Source: a virus | Direction: 5' to 3' (one strand) | Length of the DNA: 64,000 bases | IMG/VR virus record: IMGVR_UViG_3300010354_000060 | Span: 1 to 64,000 of that record | Part shown: positions 8,760-17,729 of the stretch, piece by piece | Layout: every line of letters starts with the position of its first letter | Numbering within the stretch: position 1 is the stretch's first letter | The notes under the pieces: model-generated | What the model saw: only the letters and a program-made list of their open reading frames with translations | Databases searched by the model: none | Told to the model about the DNA's origin: nothing | Made by a program: the position numbers and the translations under genes

Positions 8760-9948
8760 ATTATTTTCTGGTTATATATTAGTATTTAATACAAGGAAGA
8801 AGTGCTAAGTTGCGTGGACGGGTTTCAGTTTCAGTAGAAACTATTGAAAGTGAAGTTGCACCAGTGGTTCTTGAGTAATTATTTGTTCCAGTCCATGCAC
8901 CACCGCCACCAGCACCACCGCCAGTATTGGAGTTACTTTCATCAGTATAACTATGACTGTGACTTGATGGTGAAACACTCAAGTCATTTGCTGATGTTGC
9001 AAAATTCTGAGAAGAACCAAAGGATCTTCCACTATCAACACCAACTCTGTCATTAGACCAACCACGAATAAACTCACCTCTCAAATCTGGAAGTTTTCCT
9101 GCAGGACCATAGCTACTTCCAACAATTAAGTAAAGAGCAGAGAAGTCAGCAGTAATTCCCTGAACCGTTCCAACTCCAAATGGAACAGTATCGCCATTAC
9201 AAACCAAATACCCAGATGGTGCAAATTGTGATGCAAAGTGAAAAACAGCACCAGTAGGAACAACTCCAACTCCATTAAATGATGTTGCTGTTACAACTCC
9301 ACTTACACTCATTCCGCTTGAGTTTACAGTGGTGTTGAAAACATTAATGCCGCTGGTTGTAATCGTGACACCAGAACCTATGTTAATTCTATTGGTAGAA
9401 CTGTTGATATTGATACTTCCAAATGTACCAACTCCAGTAACAACAATATTTGAAGAATTTAAATTAGAAACTGTCGCAACACCTGTGATGATTGTAGAAC
9501 CAGAAACATCAACAGAACCTCTAACAGTCAATGTTGATGTTGGATTTGTGGTGCCAACTCCAACATTACCTAAAGTATGAATACCCGCTGAAGTCTTAGG
9601 CCAATAGTTAATTGAATTGTCTGATATGGCACTAATAGTGCAGATTCCAGCAGAAATTGGGGATACGTTAATATTATCTGTAAAATTAATTGTTGCTGCA
9701 GTTCCTACAGTAACGCCAGAATATTTAATAACGATACCAGAAGATCCTGAACCAACTACATTAGTCAGTCCAGAACCATCACCAACAAAAACATTTGCCC
9801 TCACAACACCAGTATTTGCTTCAACTGAAATATTAGAACCAAAATTTGCAGTATTTGTTGAAGATCTGATAGTAATCTCAGAACCTACATTAATTTGATT
9901 TGAGGTTACATTGCCAGTCAGTGGTCCAACAAAAGAACCTGCTTCAAT
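8422..9948. repeat. direct repeat tracts shared by the two collar-fibre genes (offset 1312 bp)
   Basis: 8422-8468 = 9734-9780 (47 bp identical); 8567-8636 vs 9879-9948 (70 bp, one mismatch). Confidence 0.9.
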
Positions 9949-10071
9949 GGTGCCGTCTTGGACATCTAATTTTACGTCTGGAGTGGTGCTTCCAACTCCA
10001 ACATTATTTGAGGGTCCTACTGTAAATACACCACTATTAGATAATCTAGAAGCCTCTCTTGCCCTTGACAT
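8779..10071 (-). CDS. tail fibre with gp12-like collar domain
   Basis: VPTGAVFHFA...GYLVCNG...LPDLRGEFIRGW...ETRPRNLALLPCIKY; N-terminus paralogous to 7575..8759. Confidence 0.85.
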   Translation of the reverse strand: MSRAREASRLSNSGVFTVGPSNNVGVGSTTPDVKLDVQDGTIEAGSFVGPLTGNVTSNQINVGSEITIRSSTNTANFGSNISVEANTGVVRANVFVGDGSGLTNVVGSGSSGIVIKYSGVTVGTAATINFTDNINVSPISAGICTISAISDNSINYWPKTSAGIHTLGNVGVGTTNPTSTLTVRGSVDVSGSTIITGVATVSNLNSSNIVVTGVGTFGSININSSTNRINIGSGVTITTSGINVFNTTVNSSGMSVSGVVTATSFNGVGVVPTGAVFHFASQFAPSGYLVCNGDTVPFGVGTVQGITADFSALYLIVGSSYGPAGKLPDLRGEFIRGWSNDRVGVDSGRSFGSSQNFATSANDLSVSPSSHSHSYTDESNSNTGGGAGGGGAWTGTNNYSRTTGATSLSIVSTETETRPRNLALLPCIKY

Positions 10072-10089
10072 ATCACACGACTTTTTGAT

Positions 10090-10097
10090 TATTTATA
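10090..10097 (-). promoter_or_regulatory. T4-type late promoter
   Basis: Perfect TATAAATA upstream of fibre gene 8779..10071. Confidence 0.75.
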
Positions 10098-10712
10098 TTA
10101 TCTTGCCATATCAAAAGCACAGTGAGCAAAATGTCCATCTCCCAAAACATAATGGAAGAAAATTTGGTGATAATAATCTTCTTTTTTATTCCAAAAAGTC
10201 TTTTTCTTTCCTGGCATTGGTTCTCTCCAATGAGGACGTTCTCTTCCTTTATAGATCATAGCATCTCCAGGATTTAGATTAGCACAGAATGAAGTCCCTT
10301 GAGAACTTTCTATACAAATTGGCCATGGTTCTTTTAAAGAAGTTCCAATATGAACAGTTACAGATATTTCACAAGCATCTCTGTCAACATGTTTTGTTAA
10401 TTCCTGTCCAGGAAAATAAAACCTATCGTAATAATAGGTATTATAAAGTTTTCTGCCAAGAATTTGTTCTAATTTTAATCTAATTTCTGCATGTGCTTTC
10501 TTATATTGTGGGTGCGAATATCTTGCAAGAGATCCATTAACCTGAGTTTCTTCCTCTTGATGATCAAACTTATCTAAAGAACCATAGTAAGTGATTTGAC
10601 CTCTTTCTTCTGGAACTGGGTGATATAAATTTTCAACATTGCATAAATTTGGAACGACAAGATATCCGTTTGCATCAAAAAATTCATTATGAGTCCAAGA
10701 TTTCATTTTCAT
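10098..10712 (-). CDS. 2OG-Fe(II) oxygenase superfamily protein
   Basis: KHVDRDACEIS...PGDAMIYKG...HWRE...QIFFHYV. Confidence 0.85.
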   Translation of the reverse strand: MKMKSWTHNEFFDANGYLVVPNLCNVENLYHPVPEERGQITYYGSLDKFDHQEEETQVNGSLARYSHPQYKKAHAEIRLKLEQILGRKLYNTYYYDRFYFPGQELTKHVDRDACEISVTVHIGTSLKEPWPICIESSQGTSFCANLNPGDAMIYKGRERPHWREPMPGKKKTFWNKKEDYYHQIFFHYVLGDGHFAHCAFDMAR

Positions 10713-10716
10713 AATA

Positions 10717-11337
10717 TCACTTCCAGCGAGGTCCAACTACCCAACCAACAATAGATTTGCGAACACCTTTTGTCACTTTCAATACTCTATGTTGTGCTCG
10801 TGAATCAAAGAGAATAATCGTCCCGCGTTGACGAGGAGCAAAATAAGATTTTCCTTGATCATCAATGAATTGAACGTTACCACCCTCATAATCATCTGGA
10901 TCTGAAAGTTGTAGGGTAAAAGAAAGTTTTCTTATAAGTTCTACATTCTCATTCAGAAAGTCCTGTGTCAGTCCATTTGCATGGTTTCCAACTGATTGTG
11001 GTTTATAGTGACAAGAAATTGCAGAATCGTGGTGCCAACCATAGAATTCTCCCTCACCATATTGTGTATATTGGAGGGATTCTCCATCAATGTTTCTCAG
11101 ATCATATAGAAAGTTTTCCCGATTTGCTCTTTGCACATAATGCCACAAAAATCCAGCAACCCAATGTGTAGTTGGAATCCAAGCATTTTTAGAGTTTCTT
11201 TTTTCCTTATTCAAAGCATCTCCCTGCAGCCTTGAATCTTTCATCTTGTTATCAAAATTATCTGAAACATCCTTCTCAATAATATCAACAATTTCTTCGG
11301 GAAGATCTGTGAAGAACCATATAGACTGATATGCCAT
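10717..11337 (-). CDS. 2OG-Fe(II) oxygenase (PKHD-type hydroxylase-like)
   Basis: WHHD...RKLSFTLQLSDP..YEGG...HRV..VTKG.RKSIVGW. Confidence 0.9.
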   Translation of the reverse strand: MAYQSIWFFTDLPEEIVDIIEKDVSDNFDNKMKDSRLQGDALNKEKRNSKNAWIPTTHWVAGFLWHYVQRANRENFLYDLRNIDGESLQYTQYGEGEFYGWHHDSAISCHYKPQSVGNHANGLTQDFLNENVELIRKLSFTLQLSDPDDYEGGNVQFIDDQGKSYFAPRQRGTIILFDSRAQHRVLKVTKGVRKSIVGWVVGPRWK

Positions 11338-11361
11338 ATTAAATGCATTTTGTTTGTAGTA

Positions 11362-11390
11362 ATTATAAAATCTTTATTCTATACTGTCAA
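11362..11390 (-). promoter_or_regulatory. consensus sigma70 (early) promoter
   Basis: TTGACA-N17-TATAAT exactly. Confidence 0.85.
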
Positions 11391-11417
11391 GTTTACCATC
11401 CATATTATATCCACAAT

Positions 11418-12263
11418 TTAAGGTGTGTATAATGTAAATACTACTCTTGAATTTGAACTTGCGCTTCCCGCACTCCCACGATTTGGATCAGATTCATTTG
11501 CAAATGAAGAAGTTGTTCCGCTGACTATATATCCGCCATTGACATATCCAGATCCACCTCCTCCACCTGATGCGTTTCTGGTGCCACTTCCAAAGTCATT
11601 ACCACCACCGCCGCCATAACCACCATAATATCCGCCACCGCCACCACCGCCCCCACCAGCGTTATCATATCCGCCTCTTGAACCTTCTCCTCCAGTTCCA
11701 CCTTGTAGGTATCCAGCGCCGTTACTTTGAGATCCTCCTCCACCTCCACTAGATCCAATCTGAGAATCTGAAGAAGTTGTGCCTGGTGATCCAGAAAGTC
11801 CACCTCCACCTCCACCAGGAGAGTATCCGTGCCCTCTACCTCCCCCTCCACCACCACCTGCAATCAATAGTGGAGTTGATCCAACAAAAACGCCAGCATA
11901 TCCTCCACCTGGTTCACCTGGTCCAACCCAACCATATCCAGTTCCACCAGATCCTTTTCCAGCATTAAGTTGAATTGTGTATGTAGTTGATGAATCTGCA
12001 TATAAAGCACCAGTGGAATAACCTCCAGTACATCCTCCACCACCTTGCCCCCACATTTTGATGGTTACAAGTTTACTTGTTGTTGGGATTATTGTATAGC
12101 TTGTTGAATTTCCACCATCTAGAATGAGAGGTCCATCATCTTCCAAATTCCAAACAGATTTTCCAGAAATTGGTGGGGTAACTGAAAATTGTGTGTCACC
12201 TACTCTCTTCTTTTTAGATGAAGATCTTACTATTGCCTTTGAAAATCCAGATGATAGTGGCAT
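11418..12263 (-). CDS. glycine-rich putative adhesin (polyglycine-II / ALK-LTK-type Gly-rich domain)
   Basis: KMWGQGGGG...LLIAGGGGGGG...GGGYYGG.GGGG...GGGGSGY pattern. Confidence 0.75.
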   Translation of the reverse strand: MPLSSGFSKAIVRSSSKKKRVGDTQFSVTPPISGKSVWNLEDDGPLILDGGNSTSYTIIPTTSKLVTIKMWGQGGGGCTGGYSTGALYADSSTTYTIQLNAGKGSGGTGYGWVGPGEPGGGYAGVFVGSTPLLIAGGGGGGGRGHGYSPGGGGGGLSGSPGTTSSDSQIGSSGGGGGSQSNGAGYLQGGTGGEGSRGGYDNAGGGGGGGGGYYGGYGGGGGNDFGSGTRNASGGGGGSGYVNGGYIVSGTTSSFANESDPNRGSAGSASSNSRVVFTLYTP

Positions 12264-13017
12264 CTTAATATCCTTCCAGATAAGTAACCTTCACTACAAT
12301 CAATCCACCAGATCCTCCTCCACCACCAGCACCACCTGAGGTATTTCCATCATACTCTGCACCGCCACCGCCGCCTCCACCGCCAGCACCATATCCAGAT
12401 CCACCAGCACCACCAGTTCCACCGTAACGATATGCGTTTCCTCCAGCACTTGTTACCGTATATCCTGTTCCACCACTAGATCCAGAAGTATTTGGAACAG
12501 ATGGTAATCTATCTGCAGAAAGAGTTCCATTTGGTGAAAAATAAACTCCACCAGCTCCACCATAACCACCTTTTCCACTCCAACTATCTCCACCTGGTGA
12601 TCCATTACTACCTTGTGGATATGCCGTAATAGTGTAATCACTAAAAACATCTCTAACTGCTTGTGGAATTGTTAAATTTGTTCCACTTGGTCCAGAAACT
12701 GGTGTTGGATAATTTATCCCAATTGATATTGGTGCTGGAGCACCACCAAATTGACTTAATAAGACACTTGCATATCCACTTGTTCCACCAGAGCCACCAG
12801 TTCCACCATCAGTTGACCTTGGAATTCCAGGAGATCCTGAACCTCCACCATTACCAGGTGTGATGCTGAAATAATCAACCTGTTGAATTTGTTGAATTGA
12901 ACCTAAATCAAGAGTGCCTGGGGAAGTGAATTGGAAGTATTTTTTAGCTAGTCTTTTACCTCTTTTTTTAGATGAAGATCCTAGTATTGTCTTTGAAATT
13001 CCAGATGATAGTGGCAT
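12211..13017. repeat. 53-bp direct repeat forming the 5' ends of two adhesin genes
   Basis: 12211-12263 vs 12965-13017, 49 of 53 identical by hand alignment. Confidence 0.9.
12265..13017 (-). CDS. glycine-rich putative adhesin
   Basis: Polyglycine tracts ending GG.GG.GLIVV; N-terminal leader shared with 11418..12263. Confidence 0.75.
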   Translation of the reverse strand: MPLSSGISKTILGSSSKKRGKRLAKKYFQFTSPGTLDLGSIQQIQQVDYFSITPGNGGGSGSPGIPRSTDGGTGGSGGTSGYASVLLSQFGGAPAPISIGINYPTPVSGPSGTNLTIPQAVRDVFSDYTITAYPQGSNGSPGGDSWSGKGGYGGAGGVYFSPNGTLSADRLPSVPNTSGSSGGTGYTVTSAGGNAYRYGGTGGAGGSGYGAGGGGGGGGAEYDGNTSGGAGGGGGSGGLIVVKVTYLEGY

Positions 13018-13026
13018 AATATTATT

Positions 13027-13842
13027 TTAAGTAGAAGAAATATACATGCTATACGTATATGGTGTATATCCAGAAGCACTAATCTGAACGCTTATAGTAC
13101 CTGCAGAATGTGGATTAGCTAAAGCAAGTAATGCAGATCCATTACCACCACTAAAAGTTCCTGAAGGCGGATTTCCATAATATGAATCAAATGATCCTCC
13201 ACTGAAAGAAGCAGAATATGGGAAAGCAACACCATTTGAAACTTCTTGGAATGTCCTGTTCACTGCAAGAGTAAAATAATCAAAACCATTGCTACTTCCA
13301 TTGTAACTGAAAGAACCATTTACTGTTGGAGCAGGTGCTGGTGCTGGTGCTGGTGCAGGTGCTGGAGCAGGTGCTGGTGCAGGTGCTGGTGCAGGTGCTG
13401 GAGCAGGTGCTGGAGCAGGTGCTGGAGCAGGTGTTGTGCTTGTATCATTAATTGTAACAACAGAACTTGTTGCAACAATCGGTCCAGAAATGCTTCCTGT
13501 TCTAAGTTCTAACTGAAAACTTTCAGATCCTTCAGTTGTTGAATCTGAAGATATAATTCTCGTAATACTTGCTACTCTATTAGTAATGGTTATAGATCCG
13601 CTTGTAGCTCCATCAACAAAATCTGAGGAATTGACTGATCCAGTAGTGGTCCAATAAAGGATATTTCCATCAACAATTGAATTAGTAATATTTGGTATGG
13701 TAACATTGAAAGTTACAAAACTTCCTTCATTGACTGAGGATGCAGAAGGAGTTATTGAATATAATGGCGATATATATCTTCCTTTAGAAAATCCAGAAAT
13801 AATAGAACCTTTAGAAATAAATCTTCCAAAAAACGGTGACAT
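13027..13842 (-). CDS. virion protein with Calx-beta/Ig-like domain and Pro-Ala linker
   Basis: Likely start MSPFFGRF 1 nt after the fibre stop; SVNEG..VTF.V...D.TTEG.ESF.L.LRTGS..GP.V.TS..VTINDTS; then a (PA)n tract. Confidence 0.75.
   Translation of the reverse strand: MSPFFGRFISKGSIISGFSKGRYISPLYSITPSASSVNEGSFVTFNVTIPNITNSIVDGNILYWTTTGSVNSSDFVDGATSGSITITNRVASITRIISSDSTTEGSESFQLELRTGSISGPIVATSSVVTINDTSTTPAPAPAPAPAPAPAPAPAPAPAPAPAPAPAPAPAPTVNGSFSYNGSSNGFDYFTLAVNRTFQEVSNGVAFPYSASFSGGSFDSYYGNPPSGTFSGGNGSALLALANPHSAGTISVQISASGYTPYTYSMYISST
13328..13432 (-). repeat. 6-bp tandem repeat encoding about 17 Pro-Ala units
   Basis: Plus-strand units gcWggW repeated over 105 bp. Confidence 0.95.
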
Positions 13843-13843
13843 C

Positions 13844-14899
13844 TTACCAAAAACCTCCACTTGCAACACCAAATATTTCATAGTTATCAGTTGTTGATGC
13901 TGAACCTACTGTATTGATACCAGTAAAACTAAAAATAGCATGTCCGTTTGTGGTTGTAAACCCAGCAAGTGCTATAGCATTAGTGTAAGAACCACCAATC
14001 CAACGAATAGTTTTAGATACTCCATTCAAAGTGATTGCATTACAACTTCTTGCAGTTCCTGTAGAATTTGTAACAACGGAAAAGGTAATGGAATGATCGT
14101 CAAAATCACTTGTTGTTGGAATTCCTGTAACATTTAAAGTTACATCTCCACTTGGATTTGTAGTATAACCAATATTTGATCCAGAGGAAGAATTATAAAC
14201 AAGGTTTACAGTATTTCCATTTGTTCTAAAGACTTTTTCTGCACCAGTAATTACTCTGGTCTCATTGGTTGCAATTGGAATATTAGCTTCAAACCCTTTT
14301 TTGGTATTATTATATGTTAATGTTTTATTTGTTGTTCCATAAATTGTAATACCTGCACCATCAGCCAAGGAATCTGTTGGAGTAGATGTAGAACCAATAC
14401 CAATATTTTTATCCGCTACTTCTAATGATGTTGTATTGATAATGGTTTGAGTGCCATTTACTGTAATGTTAGTAAATGTTGCAGAACTTCCTACAACATT
14501 CCCTACGTTAATATTAGGACTTCCCGTTAATCCATATGAAGATGTTGCAATAATTGTAGTAATGCCAAGAACATTTAAGTTGCCTTGAATATTGACTGAC
14601 CCACCAAAATTTACATTATCATCACTTGTATTTACAGCATCAGCAATTCTAAATGTATCAAAAATTTGAAATTCTAAGACATCACCAACTGTTGATGGCG
14701 ATAAAAGTGTTACAGTATTTGCATCTCTTGCAGTATAGTCTAATGATTCAACCAATTTGGTTCCATTTCTATAAACTGCAAGATAGTTTAATCTATATCC
14801 ACCCGTTACAGTGAATAAAGTTTGCCCTGCAGTGGCAACAGCACTGATTGTCTTGCTTGCAACATTTGATGTAAGTGTTACTGGATTACCTATTGCCAT
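13844..14899 (-). CDS. tail fibre protein with C-terminal adaptor-like domain
   Basis: N-terminal ATAGQTLF...VYRNG.KL...DY.A module; C-terminus paralogous to 6628..7536; late promoter CTAAATA at 14926-14920. Confidence 0.8.
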   Translation of the reverse strand: MAIGNPVTLTSNVASKTISAVATAGQTLFTVTGGYRLNYLAVYRNGTKLVESLDYTARDANTVTLLSPSTVGDVLEFQIFDTFRIADAVNTSDDNVNFGGSVNIQGNLNVLGITTIIATSSYGLTGSPNINVGNVVGSSATFTNITVNGTQTIINTTSLEVADKNIGIGSTSTPTDSLADGAGITIYGTTNKTLTYNNTKKGFEANIPIATNETRVITGAEKVFRTNGNTVNLVYNSSSGSNIGYTTNPSGDVTLNVTGIPTTSDFDDHSITFSVVTNSTGTARSCNAITLNGVSKTIRWIGGSYTNAIALAGFTTTNGHAIFSFTGINTVGSASTTDNYEIFGVASGGFW

Positions 14900-14922
14900 C
14901 TTACAGAGACCTCTTTAAATAT

Positions 14923-16164
14923 TTAGATTAAACCACGGAAATCCGTGACTGCAAATCCAACAACAGTAAAGCTGCTATTGGCAATGCTTGGATTTCCATC
15001 ATAAGAAACAATGAATGTTAAGATATCAAGAGCATTTGCAGAGTTTGTTAATAAAATTGTAGATGCTGTTCCAACTTTAATATGTGTGCTGTATCCGACT
15101 CCGCCTTGGGTTACAACAGTTGCCATATTCATACCAATACCATTTGCATTGGCATTATTGTATGGAGTTGAACCTTGCTTCATTAAAACGGTGAATGTAG
15201 TAGCTCCAGGTCTATCGGTAGAAATTCCAGTAAAAGAAACAATACCAATATGATTTGATGTTGTGTGAGTGAATACAGTACCATCACCAGCATTAAGAGT
15301 TAAAACACTTCCAGAACCAAGTGTTGTTGAGACTTGAGTTTCAACAAATCCTTTGACCTGTAAAGTTCCTCCAATACTTACTGTTTGCTTTGGTCTATCA
15401 GTTCCAATTCCAACTTTCTGATTGAAAATCCATGCATCATCTGCATCATACCAAAGAATTGTTTTGGCAGTTGTTGCTGGACCAGTAATTGATGTATTTG
15501 ATCCACCATATACACTAATACCCGATTGATCTGCAATAGAATCTGAATTTGCAGATCTTGCAATACCAATAATTTTATCTTCTACATCCAACACAGTAGT
15601 GTTGAGAATTGTTGAATCGCCTTGAATTGTGAGATTTCCACCAACAACAAGGTTTCCGTAAATATCAACATTTTGCATGGCAGTGAGACCACCACCAACA
15701 GCAACGTCCGTTACTGAAATGTTTGGATCACCAAATAAACCTCTTGCATATGTAGAAATTCCTGCAGTTACTGCATATCCTGCAATGGTTGCTGTTTGTG
15801 CAATACCAGTAAGATTTCCTACAATATTTGTAAATGATCCCGTAAGAGCACTTAATGTCCCACTTACTGATAAATTACCAACTACATTTGGATATGCAAC
15901 GTTATATGCTTTATAAGCAACAAGTTCAACAATATCACCAGAACCTGCTGGGCTGATGAAATTGACATTACTACCATTTGTCGCAAGATAGTCGTATCCC
16001 TCAACCATTCTTGATCCATTCAAATAAACATCAATATATCCAATTTGATATCCTGATGCGAATGTAAATGAAGTTTGAACGCCCGTAGGTTCAAAAATTT
16101 GTCTTGCAACTACTATTGGACTATTTGCTGGATTATTACCAACGTAACCGTATCTTTCAGACAT
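14923..16164 (-). CDS. tail fibre / virion structural protein
   Basis: Same N-terminal DVYLNG module, VGIGT motifs, C-terminal NALDILTF domain. Confidence 0.75.
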   Translation of the reverse strand: MSERYGYVGNNPANSPIVVARQIFEPTGVQTSFTFASGYQIGYIDVYLNGSRMVEGYDYLATNGSNVNFISPAGSGDIVELVAYKAYNVAYPNVVGNLSVSGTLSALTGSFTNIVGNLTGIAQTATIAGYAVTAGISTYARGLFGDPNISVTDVAVGGGLTAMQNVDIYGNLVVGGNLTIQGDSTILNTTVLDVEDKIIGIARSANSDSIADQSGISVYGGSNTSITGPATTAKTILWYDADDAWIFNQKVGIGTDRPKQTVSIGGTLQVKGFVETQVSTTLGSGSVLTLNAGDGTVFTHTTSNHIGIVSFTGISTDRPGATTFTVLMKQGSTPYNNANANGIGMNMATVVTQGGVGYSTHIKVGTASTILLTNSANALDILTFIVSYDGNPSIANSSFTVVGFAVTDFRGLI

Positions 16165-16691
16165 CAGCTAACTCCCGTTAGAATGCTTAGGGATACATCA
16201 AGTGCATTTTGTGCATCACAACCAACACGAACTTCGTCACCTGAATTTAGAACAATTTTACCAGCATCACTGATAATTAAAGAACTTCCTGCAGGAACGG
16301 GAACTTTATAAAGGAAATTATAGCTTGTAGATGCTGTTGCAACCTGAACCGTTGCTGCAACTTGATTATTGGTATTATTTGAGATTGTGCCACCAACAAG
16401 AATACTCTTTAGACCAGATGATGTATATGCTGTTGTTAACCCAATAAACCGAATTGTTTGTGCCGAAACTAAAATACTATTTGTTGAAGATCTATCAACA
16501 GCAATTTGCCCTACACCAATTGCAGTGATTTTAGTGCCTCCAATATAACTTGCAGTATCAACTAACTGTCCTATGGAAAGACCAACCGTAGAAATTCCAG
16601 TAATTACTGAAGCATTTGCTCCAATATCTGCAACATACGAAGTTGTAACTCCTGCTGCTCTTACTAATGCGTTTGTAAATGACTCTGCCAT
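16164..16691 (-). CDS. virion structural protein
   Basis: VP.GSSL......KIVL..GD...V......LDV.LSIL motif; late promoter at 16718-16712. Confidence 0.7.
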   Translation of the reverse strand: MAESFTNALVRAAGVTTSYVADIGANASVITGISTVGLSIGQLVDTASYIGGTKITAIGVGQIAVDRSSTNSILVSAQTIRFIGLTTAYTSSGLKSILVGGTISNNTNNQVAATVQVATASTSYNFLYKVPVPAGSSLIISDAGKIVLNSGDEVRVGCDAQNALDVSLSILTGVS

Positions 16692-16717
16692 TGTCCTTTA
16701 TTTGTTGTGAGTATTTA

Positions 16718-17692
16718 TTAACCGCCTAAAGCGATTGCAAGACCAAGAGATACACCAGGAATAATTGTAACTGTGGTGATTCCAGTAGTCGTATTTGTAT
16801 CAACCGTTAAGTTTTGACCTGTTGTTGTTTTAAAGTCAAGAATTGCAGTTCCAGTTGTTCCTCCAGTGCTGATTTGAGTTCCCTCAGATCTTACACCAAC
16901 ACGAACTCCTGTAAGATTTGAACCAACTCCATAATAAGTAACAACTCCAGAAACTGCAGTTACAATTCCAGAAGAAATTCTTACAGATCCTAAAGTAGAA
17001 ACTCCAGAAACATTTATGTTAATAAAAGACTGGACGGATAATGTAGCAATTCCTGCTTGAATCGTTGCAGTAGTTGTAGGGTCAAGTGCAAGAATATTTT
17101 TTAATTGTCTATTTGTATCAATAACTTCAGTAGTGCCAATACCAATTGAATTATATTGTAAGGAATTTCCAGATAAAGAAGCAATTGTTCCAACGCCAGT
17201 GTAAATGATATTTTCGCCACTTAGATAAGTGACAATACCACTCGCAATTGTCCCTACATTAGAAACATAAAGATTGGCAGCAGTAATAATTCCACTGACC
17301 TTAATATACTCAGTCTCATCAAAGAAAATATCATTAACTCTTACATCACCAGTAAAAATTGCATCGCCTTTGACATAAAGTGCAGTTTGCCCAACACTTA
17401 CTGGTCCTCTAACATCTAACAAATATGCTGGATTGGTTGTTCCAACTCCAGCTCTTCCAGTTGATGCTAAAACACTAAAGACTGTTCCAGAAGAACCAAC
17501 TCTAAGTTGTCTTCCTGCCGTGATAATTCCAATGGCATTTACATCAGTAACGCCAATTCCACCACTTACTTCAAACAAATACGCTGGTTGTGTCGTACCA
17601 ATACCAACCTTTCCTGTCTCTGCATTTGCAAAAAAAAGATCGGTATTGACCTCAAAACCGTTTTTGACTACAAAATTCTTATTAATAGCCAT
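16718..17692 (-). CDS. tail fibre-like structural protein
   Basis: MAINKNFVVKNG start, VGIGTT repeats, SLGLAIALG terminus; late promoter at 17730-17724. Confidence 0.75.
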   Translation of the reverse strand: MAINKNFVVKNGFEVNTDLFFANAETGKVGIGTTQPAYLFEVSGGIGVTDVNAIGIITAGRQLRVGSSGTVFSVLASTGRAGVGTTNPAYLLDVRGPVSVGQTALYVKGDAIFTGDVRVNDIFFDETEYIKVSGIITAANLYVSNVGTIASGIVTYLSGENIIYTGVGTIASLSGNSLQYNSIGIGTTEVIDTNRQLKNILALDPTTTATIQAGIATLSVQSFININVSGVSTLGSVRISSGIVTAVSGVVTYYGVGSNLTGVRVGVRSEGTQISTGGTTGTAILDFKTTTGQNLTVDTNTTTGITTVTIIPGVSLGLAIALGG

Positions 17693-17729
17693 TCGGGTTC
17701 ACTCTCCCCCGCAATATTTTAACTATTTA

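Noticed and set aside
11425-11973. Plus-strand poly-Pro and poly-His ORFs (also 5753..6031, 17812..18495)
   Set aside because: Antisense shadows of Gly codon runs in the real minus-strand genes
13246-13512. Cys/Trp-rich repeat ORF, or CRISPR-like array
   Set aside because: Antisense reading of the Pro-Ala repeat; 6-bp units with no spacers
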